Origin: Chara braunii
Taxonomy: Eukaryota > Plantae > Charophyceae
Length of the DNA: 64,000 nt
Assembly: GCA_003427395.1 (NCBI GenBank)
Contig: BFEA01000009.1
Location: 4,529,726 to 4,593,725 of the forward strand
Reading direction: 5' to 3'
Under the pieces are notes generated by a model. That model was not told where the DNA came from. It saw only the letters and a program-made list of their open reading frames with translations, and ran no database searches. The position numbers and the translations under genes are program-made. Shown here piece after piece: positions 36,401 through 50,400 of the stretch (within the stretch, counting starts at the first letter, position 1; every line of letters starts with the position of its first letter).

Positions 36401-37705
36401 GTTCAAAGAATGAGGAAGATGATGAGCAGAAAAATGAAGAGATAATGTTTATCTTTGAAGAATATGATGAAATTTATCAAGAAATTGGGAAAAAGATGGA
36501 AAGAGAGCGATTAAATGAGTATTACTGCAAAAACTTAAGGAGAAGTTTAGATTAAAGAGAGGTCACCTCTTTGTGGATAGCAAAAGAGGTTTGCGTCCAC
36601 TAAGAGTTGTCTGTGGGAAAGAAAGACAACTAGAGATAATTGCTGCTCTACATGAGGGTGTTGCTGGTGGTTGTAGAGCTGCTGAAGCAACATACTCTAA
36701 GACAGTCAAACTGTATTTCTGGTTTGGCATTAGAGATATGATTTATAGATTTTGTGAGTCATGTGTATTATGTCAGAAGAGGTCTACAACAAGGATGATT
36801 AAGCCCTTGTTTCCTACTATTTTGGTAGAACCAGGGAGCCGGGTCCACTTGTACCTTATTACCATGCCTTTGGGCAAGAGTGAGATGAGATACATATTGA
36901 ACATGAGGGATAATTTCACAGACTCTGAAAAAGAAAACAATCGAGCAAGTGGTTAACTGGATAGAGGAAGTCTATCTCAGGTACCCTTGTATCAAAGAGT
37001 TTGTCTCAAATAGAGAATGCGAATTCAGGAATGAGATCGTGAGAAGAACCACTCTCAGACCGGGAGTTAGAATTCGGTATGTAACCACGTATCACCCTCA
37101 AGCAAATGCATCAGTCGAAAGAGGTCACATGACGCTGAAAGATTCATGTGGCTAAATGGTGTGAAGGAAACCTCAAGAATTGACCAAAAGTATTGAGAAC
37201 TGCAGTTTATGCTGATAACATCATTATCAAAAGAACCACTGGTTATGCTTCATTCACTCTGTGGTATGGTCGGTATGCTACTCTACCTATTGAAAGTCTA
37301 ATTAAGACATGGTTGAGCCAAGAGAGTGACAAAGAGTACTCAATTTCATAACTTCTTCACATCAGAATGAGACAGATAACAGAAGTTGACCAGACAGTAA
37401 TGGATGCGACAGAGAGAATGACAACCAGTAGATTGCCAGATCAAGAGAGATGGAACAAGAAGAGGTATGTAAGAGAAGAAAAACTGAAAGTTTGTGACGT
37501 TATCCTCTTATTCGACAATTCCTTTAAGACTAAGTGGACTAAAAAATTGGGACCTTGATGGCTCGGTCCCTACAAAATTACAGGTAAAGCAGAAGGCAAG
37601 GTCTATGAGATATCAGAGATGGATGATTCAAGAGTTCATGATATGGTATCGGGGTCAAGACTTCGTAAGTTTATCTTCAGAGAACCTGACTTGGTCCCTA
37701 CAATG
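33481..37705 (+). pseudogene. pol: Ty3/Gypsy pol (PR-RT-RNase H-INT), decayed, no chromodomain
   Basis: ALVDSGAE (~33886); IDLYSGYDQL; YIDDNPVKGP (35269); ADGGPVALGSVL...RPLRFESK...ELLTIIHCLKCFRHY; integrase zinc-binding remnant HEGVAGG...CVLCQK; YHPQANASVERGH; WLGPYKI (37565); many stops and frameshifts. Confidence 0.93.
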
Positions 37706-38995
37706 ATCACCAATAAAGGGAAGAAAAATCAATCATCAAGTAAGAGAGTTGTTTTCGAGAACTAAGAGAAATACAGTGAGATAGAAAAACATTACAAAAA
37801 TGAAAATTCTAGTAGACCTTGACTACTCTCGCATTGTCAATTCAGTATGTCAATTTTCAGCATGTCAGACTTTGTCACAAAGGACTTGAAAGAGACTCTT
37901 CTGATGATTTGTATTTGTTCCTGCATCTGAACTGATTTTATTATTTTTTACAAATGACAAAATTAATGAGATCAAAATGTCGAGAAAGATGAGTCACAGT
38001 TGACCCATGAGTATCAGATTCCTAAGTAAGAAACAACTGTGAAGTGCAATTGCAAAGATATCAAGTTTAGAAAATTCATTGTTGTGGTATATCAAAGAGC
38101 AACCAGCATTAATCTCATGATGAGGAGAAAGTCTAACGGGCATAAAGAGGTTCAACTTTATCTGGTCAAAGAGTTGCCAATAGAGAGACTTCGTGTCTTC
38201 TGACTGAGTTTCCTGTCGAAGAGAGCTATCAGGAAGATGGGCATAAAGAAGTTCAGTATTGCTTGACCAAGAGAGTTATCAGCTTGGGGACTTCGTGTTT
38301 CGTGACTAAGATGCCTATCTTCTGTCTCAGATGAGGGAAGGGACCTCTATGGGATCAACACTTTGTATTTCCTGAGGCTGAAGAGAGGTCTTTAGGAAGT
38401 GCTTATCTGGGGCATGGATTGCGGGCATGAGATGTGTGTTGGCTGTCTGTGCCTGAGACTTTCTTCACTAATCTAAAGATGCATTGATTGTTAGGGTCAG
38501 CCAAAGCCTTACCGCAGTAGGTTGCAATCTGGTGGGGTCAACAGGTCCCCGATGCGAGTGTCGAATTTCGTAGTTGACCGAGGCTAAAGACTCCGGGAAT
38601 CTAGCCTGTAAGGTCAAAAGGGGTCATCTGGAACCCTATCGCAGCCAGAGGATGCAATCCAGTGAGGTTCGCCAGAGCCTGGAACTGTGGTTAGACTGGG
38701 TCCCACGTTCGAAAATCTGGGCGGGGCAGCCAGCGCCCTAGACCAAAAACTGGTGGGTGAGCCGGTCCCCGACCGCAATGGTCAAATCCGGGTACGGTTT
38801 AGCTGGGCCGAACAAGGTATGTCAGACTGACGGGAGGTCTGTCATTCCTGGCCAGTGGTGGTCCAAAACCAAGGCAATCAATAACTCTTGGGTGTGAAGA
38901 ATTGTCTTGTGGTGTCTATTATTTTATTAATTTATTAATTTGTTATTTGATTTTGGGTTTTATCTTATTTACTTGTTGCTTGACTGTTAATTGTT

Positions 38996-39001
38996 GGGGG
39001 G
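38996..39001 (+). promoter_or_regulatory. Short G-tract/polypurine tract before the 3' LTR
   Basis: TTGGGGGG-CCTGCT-TGTTGGGGAC; the LTR start at 39008 is inferred from this because the matching 5' LTR start is outside the window. Confidence 0.55.
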
Positions 39002-41709
39002 CCTGCTTGTTGGGGACAAAGTCAGTTGTCTGTGGAACTTGTTGTTCTGCAGGTATATACAAGTTTACATGAAGTTCCCAGACTAGAGAAAAGAAAATGG
39101 GTTTGGTATCCCCTTCTTTCTATCTGAAAAGTTGAGAAGACGCCTCACCCAAATCGGAGAAAAGAGAACGAGGTTTGATATCCCCTTTTAATGCTTGAGA
39201 AGCTGAGAAAATGTATCACTCAGGCCAAAACAAAAAAAAGGCCCTATCCCCAGCATAGCAGGCAGAGTAAGTGCTCTTGTCATTCAGACAACTCCCCTGG
39301 TATCACTGCCAAGATAAGGAACGAGGTAACTTCATCATTGAAAAGATTCAGCGGCAAGCCAAGTCGGCAGCAAAAAAAAGTGAAATATAAATCCTTCTTA
39401 AATTTATTTTGGTGCTCGACAAGCGGTCATGTTCACAAGGAACCTGCATCCCTGGCCTCAAGGTATTTAAACTCTTAAGCCAGGAATGTTACAAAAGTGT
39501 AAAATGAACAGAAAGGTTTAAGAGAAACGGATTCAAAAATCCGAGAAAAATTCGCACTTATACAGGATATAGAAAACAACCATGACCTCAATCTAAAGTA
39601 AAGAAAGAAGAAAGAAGATGCAAAAAAAAGTGCAGTTACTAGTATGAGAAGGGGAAAAAACTGTACACGAGATAGAACGTGAAGGAACAGGCACTAGAGC
39701 TCTGCTCGACGCTGAGGTAGTAGGGGCTCTAGGCGAGTAAGGAGGAGAGAAGGAGCTCGGAGCGCCATAGCGCGCCTCATACTTCTTCGGATAATACTCC
39801 ATCTTCGTTGAGGATGAAGTTCTATAGTGGGATTTCAAACTCATGGACTTCATTTTTTGAGTTTTTTATTACCTCAAGGCGTACCTTTGCCACTAGCACC
39901 TTTTTTAGTACTTCTTGAACTAATTTCTTATTGTTTTCGCGCACTAAGTCTAGGAATACGTATAGCCAGATTTTATAACTGCCCTAAAGTTGACAGTTAG
40001 AGTTACTGCCGCCGTTTACTGGGGCTTCTATTCGAAGCTTATGTCACTTCTCCTTTTCACCTTCCAGCACCGGGCAGGTGTCAGACTCTATACATCGTGT
40101 TACCACTTTCATGCTAACCAGCGAGAGGGTGACGCGAGTATGACCTCACGTAAGAACCATATCGTCGCACTTTCTTTTCCTCCCCCTCTGAGTTGAACTC
40201 GCGTCGTGCGCGAGCTGGCGGTTCTTCGTGCGCCTTTCCTCCTCTACCACTTCTCCCTCTTCCGTGTCCTCTACGTGCCTCAGGCATAGTGAAAGAAGAA
40301 TCGAAAAATAAAAGGAGGAGCGCGGCGATGGAGACCAAGACAGGGGTAGCACTGCAAAGAGAAGGGAGAGACTACCACTAAAGAAGAAAGAAAAACAGCT
40401 ATGGGTTACGCAGAAAGGAGCGCTGCAAAAGAGAAAAGCGTTAGCGCTGACTCGCTCTCCTCACTGTGAAGCGCGGTGAAAATGAATGAGGAATATTGAC
40501 AATTGTTTTTTCTTTATACTACGCACTGCCTCATTTTGGCCCAGCGGGGACGCTGGCGGGGGTTTGGTATCATGTCGGAGGGCGCGGTGTCCCGACCCTC
40601 CGCTAAGTACCCAACACCTGCCCGGACCCACTACTTACCTATTACCAACTCGGAAAACCGGGTGTCGTATGGGCCTTCGTGGGGTACTGCTTATTGATTT
40701 CTGCAGTGCACCGGGCGTACTCAGGGCGGTGCTCTGCTGCGGGCAGGTCCAGTTGGTGCTTGTCCTAGCAAAAAGGGGGTTGCGGCGCTGGATTTTCCTT
40801 TGGTCCGCGCAGGCTCGACGCCCTGTTGTACAACAGGGCACTACTGGCCTGTGGTCGCGGTAGCAGCCGGGCTCGCCCAGGGACGCGAAGGTAGATAGAT
40901 TTGCTTTGTCCTTTCTATTACGCGCCAGGTGCCCTTCTCCTAGGTTATGGGTCAGATGCACGCAGTCTAGAGGGTTAGGGAATGAAAAGAGAAAAAGAAA
41001 ATAAAAGTGAAAGGTAAAACTATGGGTCAGATCTGTTCGTCGCCCTCGCCCTAGTTCAAGATGACCTAACAACCTATGTCAGCGGCGCCATTATAACTCC
41101 CTTCTTTTTTTTTCTTATTTTATTACAATTGATATCATTGTTAATATTAATATTATTGTTATTATTGATTTCCTTATTTAATTTTCTCTCCTGTCATTTC
41201 GCGGGAAGCAAACGGTTCGATTTTGAACCCAATTGTGGTCTAAGTGGCCTAGACTGGCCCGACTCTTCGCTTGTCTTCCTGCGCTTGATCTATCCGGTTA
41301 AACGCCGCACGGTAAAGCCGCAAAAGAGGGGGCGACCCGCGGCCGCTTCAGTAGGAGGCTTATCACCCCCCGCGGAAGGTCATAAACCCCCTCTTTGCCA
41401 TCGGACGCGGATACCCATTAAATGTAAGGCCAGCAACAAGTCTTGAAGGGAAGAAAACGCCAGTCGGTGTCCCGTTATGGGACCACTGCGTCGAAGCCTG
41501 CGGTCACTTCGCATCTGAGGCGAGATGGTTAGTGGTTGGTAGAAGGGCCAGGTGCTACGATTGTTGGCATCTTGCATCGCACCCCCTTTTCTGTGATCGT
41601 TTTATGTTATTTTATTAATCTATGAAGGTCTAATTATTAAAAAACAGGGTTCAAAAGTTTTATTTGAGTCCCTCGTTTTGAACACAGGGATCGCTGAAGG
41701 TAGCGACCT

Positions 41710-41716
41710 TATATAA
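41710..41716 (+). promoter_or_regulatory. Candidate LTR TATA box (3' LTR)
   Basis: TATATAAGAGAG, equivalent to 5809. Confidence 0.55.
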
Positions 41717-44700
41717 GAGAGCGAGATGAGTATCTGGTTACTCTGGCATACATTGTCTCGACACACAATTGTTGGCAAACTGAGAGAGGGTTATGTGGCA
41801 GTGTGAGTGTATGACAACTCGCGTGTGCTTGCTCTGAGTGTTCAACCATGGTTCTCTTGGACTTCAGTTGCTTCTCGGACTTCCGCGGCTGGGTACCGGT
41901 GTGTAGACCGACCGGAGGAGGAACGATCATGGTTCGAAGCAGTAGGCTATACGGCTATAGGCCGAAGTACCTCCAGTACATCTGGAGGTGGGCCTACTGT
42001 GACGACTATTATGGATTATAGTCGTTGCAATGAGAAGGCAAGGCTAAAAGTTAACGTTGAAGGGCGGAAGAAGAAGAAATGAGGGCAGACCAGAGACTAC
42101 AATTGGCGATCACAGAGGCCAAGGACCGAGCGGAGAGAAGATGCAGGCGGGACGACATCACACACGGAATCAAGGTGACAGTATCGTTCCTGGAAGCGGA
42201 GAGTTCTACGGACATCGTGGAGAGGGAACAACAACATTTGGATCGCTACACTTGGGCAGAGAGCGATGCCAGTGACCTGGACGTTGCGACCCAGTCCTGG
42301 CATGGACTTTATCAGTGGCGGAGGGATCACCCACCAACCGAACCTGTGGAAAGTGGCCCAGAGGCCAGCTCGAGACGACGTAGGGACCGAAGTTGCTAAA
42401 ACTACTGGGTCGATAGGACTCAGATAGTGTGGGGGGGCAGTTACGGTCAAGAAACTTTCGGCTACGAGGTGGTACACTCGAGAATCTGTGAGGGAACTAC
42501 GAACGGGATATGGTAGTACACGCCCGGATTGAAAGGTTTTCTGGTTGTTGACGTCACCGTCTGCCGGAGAGGTCAATGTCTCGAGAAAAGAAGTCAGTAG
42601 GATCACGAAAAGAAAAAGAGGGAGAAGGGGCAGTGAGCCAGAGGGTGCGAGCGGTTGTGAGAGAAGGAGAGAGACAGAAGCTGTGACGATCGATAGAGAG
42701 AGAGAGAGAGGGTGCGCACGTGAAAGTTGGTCGAGAGAGTGCGAGCAAAAATCGGAATGGCGACGCCTCGGCGACAGGTAAAATGTCACAAGTTAACCAC
42801 TTCGCCGATAGCTTAACTGCGCGCTGGCTGTGTGTCGGGTAACAGCCAGGACAGTATCTTGTCGCAGGGCTCGAAGTTGAGCTGGTTAAAGGGTACAGAA
42901 TGGAGTAACCTCGAACAAAGGTGGAAAGTGAGAGAGAAGTCAGACATCTGGCGGGGTCTCTCTACCAGGATTTACTGTTGATGTCAGCAAGTGGTCTTCT
43001 CTCGGGGTTCCTGGTGCTGCTTGCTCTCCACCCCTGGTGCAGAGATGGTCGGGAGCGAATACGTGATCCGGGAACAGTGGCGATTGAAAACCTGAGTAGG
43101 AAGGTTAAGAGCCGACGGAGAGTATGGTTTAAGTGGTGCATGATTAAGATGCGTTCTGGTTAACGTCACGATTGCCCTCAGGGCTTGGCATCGCGTACCA
43201 CTCGCTTGAAGAGGACGGGATCTATTGTTGTAGGGGTCGTAGGAGAGAGAGGATGAAAAGAAGGAGATTGGACGCTTCCAGGGAGTCGACGTGACCCCTA
43301 CACTGAATGCTCGCCATCTCTCCGGCTTCTATTTTTCTTGGTCTCGCTAGGTCGTGGACAACCTTCTCTCTGAGAGTCTTAGATTGCATCAGGCGTAGCC
43401 CAAAAAGGGTTGATTCTGCGATGTTCTACCTGATGAGTGTGTGAAGGGCAGTACATTGGGTGAAATCCCTGAAGGGGAGTTGTCAGATAGAGATTAGACG
43501 GAGGGAGGGAGGGAGATGTGTGCTTGCGATAAGTGAGGAAGAGATCACAAGATTCGAAGAGGCACAGCGAACATTACTTATCTAGTGCACTCGTCAGACA
43601 CTGGTGACCGTTCCATGGCTTGCCCTTGCTATAATCCAAACCGGTTTATGCATGGGCTTATGCTATTACCATAGTTCCACTAGAACGAGTGAGCTAGAAA
43701 GACTCCGTGTGCGTGCCCTGCCTAATTGATACGTGACTAGAGCGTGACATAGTGCAAAGCGTTGCAAGCCTAAGAATGGCATGCCAAGAGAATCCACTGA
43801 GGGAGTGAGTGAGTGAACGTTTGGCATGTGCAGAAGTGAGGAGAGAAACTAGTGCAAGAATTTAGTGAAAACTATGTAAAAGCGATTCGATTGACGACAT
43901 TACCCTCGCATGAGACCATTACTTGCGGGAAGTCCCGTGTGTGCGAGTCTTCCTGTTGATGTTATCACTTAGTAGAGAGCGGAATTCACAGTGAAGCTGT
44001 GTACTTCTTCCGGTTGGCGCTACCCCTGTTTTTGCTTGGTCTGAGCTGGCCATCTTAGTTAGTTTCATCATTGTTCACAAACTTCAGTTACTATCGTCCT
44101 CTTTACTAGCGCCGGTTTCTGGTCATTGGTGTTGAGATCGGATATGGTTGCTATGTGATCGTGAGAAACACTCGAAGCTGGCTTGAGAGATCAATGAGAA
44201 TGGACTTTGGAGACTCGACCCTTTGTCGGGTACACACGAGAGAACGAGTTAACCGATTCTCAGCTAGTTGCGCACTTGATATTATCTCCGCCCTGGTTAT
44301 GACAACTACAGTTACTGGATTTAGTTAAAAGTCGACATTGAATAAGGAGGAAGATGGAGTTGCAAATAATGATGGTTTTTTAATCAATCAATGATTGCAA
44401 TTGCTTTACATTTGTGAATGGCTCATTCATGACAGTGTGAACCAAAGAAGAGTTCCTCATTTTTCCTTTGCTGTTTGAGTTTGCTATGGTAAAACGTGGG
44501 TACTTGGAGTATGATTAACCACCTCGAATGAGGTCACTGTTGCTTCACTTTCAGTCTGCCACCCTTCTACGGTAAGTCTCTTATGACTAGCCTTTACATA
44601 TCCCAAGATAGTTGGGGTTATTGTCAGGATCAGAAGCACTCGTGTATACTCAATTACAACCCTGTATCCGTATGCTATGATTTGGGGTAGAACTTTGTCA

Positions 44701-47043
44701 ATTATCAATGGTGGGTGAAAGTGTTCAAATACAGCTATGCATTACTGACCCTGATTTCTGAGACAAGAGAATGTTGGATAGATTTTTCGGATAATTGGGT
44801 GTACGCAAGCTGAGTTTTATCCGTGAAAACCTACAGAATGATTGTTGTCAAGTAATAAATAAAGGAGTTTTGCTTTACTCATTGTTGTGTCCGACTTTCT
44901 TGGGGCTCCCATAGTAACAGACCTTCTCATGTGCCTCCACAAAGTAAAGTTGTCTTACACGCTTTGAACGGCCTCCATAGAGGGTCTAGCTAGATTGAGT
45001 TTCTGATTATGTAGTTCTCTCGATTTCGTCTGTATGGTACGAGTGATAATTTTGTCTTAAGTTGTAGGCACTAGTTTCACTGGGAAAGGCAAGAGTCATA
45101 AGCAGTCCGAAAATTCAATTGATTACTTGAAAGGCTTTCAATCTTAGTGATGGGTAAACGTGCAGTCAAGTAAACTCAAGACTGCAAAGGGTTTTTGAGT
45201 ACTCATGTAATTGTGCGAGCTTATCTGGCACTCGCGTGATCACACAAGCCTTTGATGGCACGAGTCCGCAAATCTAGCGACTGTGCATACAGATGACCTT
45301 GCAGTAGTATAGGCTTATGCGACTGTAAGTGCGTACGTGTGAAGGGACGGTATGAGTGTGTGCAATTATATCAATCTGAAAACAAACGACCTTGGGTGCC
45401 ATTTCGATTGTGGAAGCTTTCAAGTCTCCACAAAATCACGAGTACATGATCAGCAAACCGGGTTATCAGTCAAATCCCAATCTCGAGTGATCGAAATGTT
45501 CACGTTGGTAATGAGTCGCGAAGGGAGAAAACAACGGCTGAGGAAAATACTCTACTTGATTGTTAAGTTTTTACTAGACGGGGACTAGTACTAACTGTGA
45601 TTAATGCCTCAGGTGTTGGCTGGGAACAAACAAAATCAACCGAGATAAGAGACAATACTTCCTTGTCATGTGACTGTAGACGAAGTCTATAGTTGAAAGG
45701 TGATTTCTTACATACTTTAGTGGCCTATTGCCCAGAGACAAGATTACATAATTAACCTTTATACGATCAAAACTGAGGTGGAATTTACTGTTGCCTGAGC
45801 TAACATCAGGCCTAATCTAAGTGGATTGCACGAGTTTTCAGAATATGTAGCAGCAGTCAATGTACTAATTAATTGTTGTGCATTCTCCTAAGCTGTGGGC
45901 TATTGCTGCATGCATCAATAACTGGTTTCCTCTACATACTGCATCCTCATTCCTTCAGTTCAAACCGACTCTTGAAGCAGATTTGTGCAGTAGTCACAAT
46001 GTGAACGGTCCGATGAGGCTTGCTTAATAAGTTGTAATTGCCCCTTAAAGTGAAAAATGGTCTGGTAGTGACAGGACCTTGTAATTTAGAGGAAAGATAC
46101 AGCCAAGATCAACGGAGTCGGCTCCAAACACATCACAGGCTCGGTATGGGCCATAACCATGCCAAGTGTTGTAGACACACAGGTACCTTTTGTCACCTCC
46201 TATCGGATAGTCGACGTTAACTGTGCCTAACCAGACTTCTCCCTTTTTCCTTTTGTCGAATCATGCCTCAATGTCGAGCCAACTACAGATAGCCTGAGTC
46301 TTGGGTGTGACCCTTCAATCTTGAGCGTAGATCTTGCGAAAGTTGTCAGTGTTTTTTCCTGACTATTACCTGGGTTCCGGAGTGTAAACGAAACCATGAA
46401 GGAGAATGGGGTCCTTTGGAAAAGCACACGAACTAGTAAGACGGGGCTATTCTGCGTATGGAGCGTCAGAAGATGGTGATGAGGGAGAATGCAACCCAAC
46501 GGATTAAGAAATAAAAATTCATTGAGTACGCATTTTACTTTTGTGATCAGAACGACAAGTTGCACACCACCGGTTCGTTGTTAGAGTCGGTAAAGCAAGC
46601 TAGGGCAAGGTTCAAGTGAGCGTAAAGATGTCTAGGCTTCTCCTTGGCTTTTTACCATTGTGCAATCAGCAGTTCTCTCAACATTTCGACATTCAGTCGT
46701 TCAAGTTATCAAAAAGCTCCAGTCAAAATTTTAGCCAGTATCCAGTCGATCCTCAGAGGCCATACGCCAGACGCACGGAAACCTTCTATCAATTGTGCCA
46801 TTTGTGTTACTCAAGAGTTTCTGTCAGAAGGAATGTACATTTAATCATCTCCAATTGACACAGAGATCAGGTATCAGTTGGACTGTATTCTTATCAGAAA
46901 ACACGGAGAACAATAACAACAAAAACTGTCTCTATCAGAAGACAAAAGATCGGTTTCAGCATCCACTTCAGCACATGAATGTTGTTCAGTCGTTTCCTGT
47001 CGATGGATCAGTTTTGACCAGACTCAACACGATCTCTTCCAAT

Positions 47044-47478
47044 GACGCCTTCTGATACCAATATGTCAATGCTACTGGTTTCAAACGAGATGATTCGTAA
47101 GTTTTTGTAGTTCTCACCAGTTTTGGAGGTGGCATTATCCATGATATGAGACCTTACGTAAAGAAGGGTGAGGAGACCCATGAAAACTATCATTCAGTTT
47201 GGATCTCTGCTGCTAGATACCTTGAAGAGAGAGAGAAGGAGCTCGATGAGAGCAATATCAAGCTGATCCGTAGCTTTGGCCCGAAACTCTACTCTGACTA
47301 CCCCAGACCTCCAATACCCTTCACTCTCACAGACGACTCTTGCTGGAGCAACTTGGTAGATCTGGCCAAGAGGTACATTTCCCCTGCAGAGATTGACTGC
47401 GAGGTAGTCACTGAGCCATCCGAGTTTCGACATCTCAGACGGGGGATCTTCTCTCAACCATATCTTCCTACACTATGA
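47044..47478 (+). pseudogene. LTR-borne copy of the unknown ~110-aa domain (3' LTR)
   Basis: VFVVLTSFGGGIIHDMRPYVKKGEETHENYHSVWISAARYLEEREKEL...YSDYPRPPIPFTLTDDSCWSNLV aligns with the 27080 copy. Confidence 0.6.
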
Positions 47479-50400
47479 GAGAAATTTGAAACTATGGTTG
47501 ATTTTCAAATCAGGTGTCTTGGATGCAAGAGTTCAGAACTTGCAGGCTTCAGGTGGTTCTACATCAGGAGACCACAACCTAAGAGAATACGGAGACATGG
47601 CCGAAAGCTCAAGCGACAGACGACAAGATGAGAGATTGAGTGTGAGGATGCAGAGGGATGAGTGATGACTCTTGACTGTGGCTGACCATGCTCTCTACAT
47701 GTGTACTTTTTGATAATATTATGAGTTCTCATGCTTCCCTCATTTAACCTTGTCTTTGCTCGAGTCAGTCAGTCTTGCATCATCTACATTGCCTTGCTTG
47801 ATCATGCTCTCTGATAATTCTGTCACAGTTCTCAAAATTAAAAAATTGACAAATTTGATACATGCATGACATATCAGACTTTTATGATCATTACTTGCAT
47901 AAATTCTTGCTGTTCTGAATCAAAATAAAAGATTCCTAAGACTGGGGACCCTCGACGACCACAATTGAAGGGTCTCGCTCGAAGCCGGATGCACATAACA
48001 GGAAGGGATTTGCTCTATTTAATTTATTTTATTTATTGCAAACATTATTCAAAATCCTGCGTGACAGCCTGTTGGTTTTCCGGTCGCTCAATGAGGCCCG
48101 ATTGGAAAAAGTGTGAAAGGGTGGGTTGAGAGGCTGCGCTTACAGGGGCAAGTGCAGCGCCTGGGTCCACCTGTGCCAACAAACAATGCATGGTAGTCAA
48201 CGACCTTCTCCAAGATGTTGAGTGTTGTTTCCCGTACGCGAGGGGAATTGAGACATCGCATGTCGTTCCTAGTGAGCGATAATCTCCCTATGGATATCTT
48301 GTTACGTATGTACTACCTCACCGTGGCACAACCCCAGTTTGACTGGGACTGAAAGGTGGTCAAACACACTTTGCCAGGTGTGGGGACCGCCAAATTACGT
48401 AAGTTTAAAGCTAGTAGTCTGATTGAGTCCCACGGATGCATGTGTGCGGCCGCGTTCTATAACTATTATAAGGAAAATCTGAAGGAGGGTATGTATCTAG
48501 TCTATGTCTTTGCAGCAGGCGAGACGGTGAAAATGTCGCTGGAGATAGAGGGAGTAGTTGCCAAATACCCTGATTTATTTGAAGAGCCTACAGGGGTTGT
48601 TGAGAGGGAGGTCGTCCATGCAATAGAGATTATCCCAGGGTCTAGTATCCCGAAGGGTAGGATCTATAGGATGTCTCCAGGCGAGCTTGATGAGTTTCAC
48701 CGGAAACTCAAGGAACTCCTAGAGAAGGGTTGAATCCGACCGAGTGTTTCTCCTATGGATCTCTAGTCCTATTCGTACCGAAGAAGGAAAGAACACTTAG
48801 GATGTGCATTGACTATAGGGGCCTCAATGCCATCACTGTCAAGAACAGAGAGCCCCTACCGCCCATCGATGACTTGCTAGATAGAGTGCAAGGATGTCGG
48901 TACTTCAGTAAGATAGATTTGAAGTCCGGGTACCATCATATTGCAATCCGGCCCGAGGATCAACACAAAACCGCATTTTAGACCAGGTACGGTCTATACG
49001 AGTTTGTGGTGATGCCTTTCAGCCTGTGCAATGCTCCTGGCAACTTTCAACACGCTACGAATCAGATTTTTCATGACTACTTGGATAAGTTTATCATCGT
49101 GTACCTCGATGACATACTTATTTTTAGTAGGACTGTCGAGGAGCATGTAGCGCACTTAGACGAAGTCCTCAGTCTCACAAGTTCAAGATAAATGGGGAGA
49201 AGTGTGAGTTTGGCCACCACTCATATCGTGTACTTGGATCATGAGATTTCCGCGGAGGGTCTGAAGCCCGATGACGCGAAGGTGACCAACATTCGTGACC
49301 GGCCGTCCTCAGTTTGTGACTGAGATGAGGCCCTTCTTAGGGATGACAGACTACTACCGCAATTTTGTTCAGAATTACAGCATAGTGGCCGCCCCTTTGA
49401 CGGACCTGACTCGCCTTGACACCCTATGGGAGTGGACAAACAGGTGTGAGGCTGCTTTCAGACATTTGAAGCATGCGTTGACACACCATGAGGTCTTGAA
49501 ACTTTCTGATCCTGACAAACCTTTTGTAGTAACTACGGATGTCAGCCAATATAGCATAGGCGTCGTACTTGTGCAGTAGGAGGGGAAGAAGTTGAGGCCA
49601 ATAGAGTACATATCCAAAAAAACGCCCTCTCAGAAGTTGGCTAAGTCCACCTATGAGAAGGAGCTCTATGCGATCTACAATGCGCTCACCCATTGGAGGC
49701 ACTATCTCCTTAAGAGGTTATTCTACGTCAGGACTTATCATCGGACCCTGAAGTGGATGAGAACCCAGCCTGTCCTCTCCGACGCTTTGAAGCGTTGGAT
49801 TGAAGTCATAGAGCAGTATAACTTTGAGCCCCAGTACATCGAAGGCGAGTACAACAAGGTTGCTAACGCGTTGTTGCGTAGACCAGATTTCTCCGGTGCG
49901 CTGATCACTGAGTTTGGGCTTGCGGACGATGTTACTCACTCTCTGATGGAAGCTTACCACGAGGATCAGTTTATGTCCGAGATCATTCGCAGACTCGAGG
50001 CGAAGGACAAAATTACTTCTGTCGAGTTTGAGTTGGTCAACGATTTGCTATTCCTTGAGAAGGCCGCGAATAAACGTTTGAGTGTTCCCAATAGGGAGTC
50101 TTTGCGTAGTTTATTTTTAGGTGAGTGTCATGATGCCACCGGGCATTTTGGCTTCAAGAAGACTGCAATCAATCTCCTGCAGCGGTTTTGGTGGCCCACG
50201 ATGATGAGAGATGTCAAGCTGTACGTGGAGACTTGTCAAGTCTGTCAAAGAGACAAACCCCATACACATGCCCCTCTTGGGCTCCTCAAGCCCCTTCCAA
50301 TATCGGAAAGGCCTGGTGAGAGCCTGTCCATGGACATGAACACACTGGTCACCAACAAGAGTGGAATGATACACATCTTTGCCATTGTGGATAGGTTTAG

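Larger units (their letters stand above)
4738..48118 (+). mobile_element. Decayed non-chromovirus Ty3/Gypsy LTR retrotransposon with ~9.1-kb LTRs; start of 5' LTR displaced upstream of the window by a nested insertion
   Basis: Long direct repeat pair, PBS directly after the first copy, gag-PR-RT-RH-INT order, G-tract before the second copy. Confidence 0.9.
39008..48118 (+). repeat. 3' LTR (~9.1 kb, uninterrupted)
   Basis: 40658-48118 matches the 5' LTR pieces; ends GGAAAAAGTGTGAAA (decayed GCGCGACA); left boundary inferred. Confidence 0.85.

Noticed and set aside
44000-46600. env-like Cys-rich ORF in the LTR
   Set aside because: The frames I read are broken by many stops in both LTR copies and no motif was recognisable; needs a family consensus
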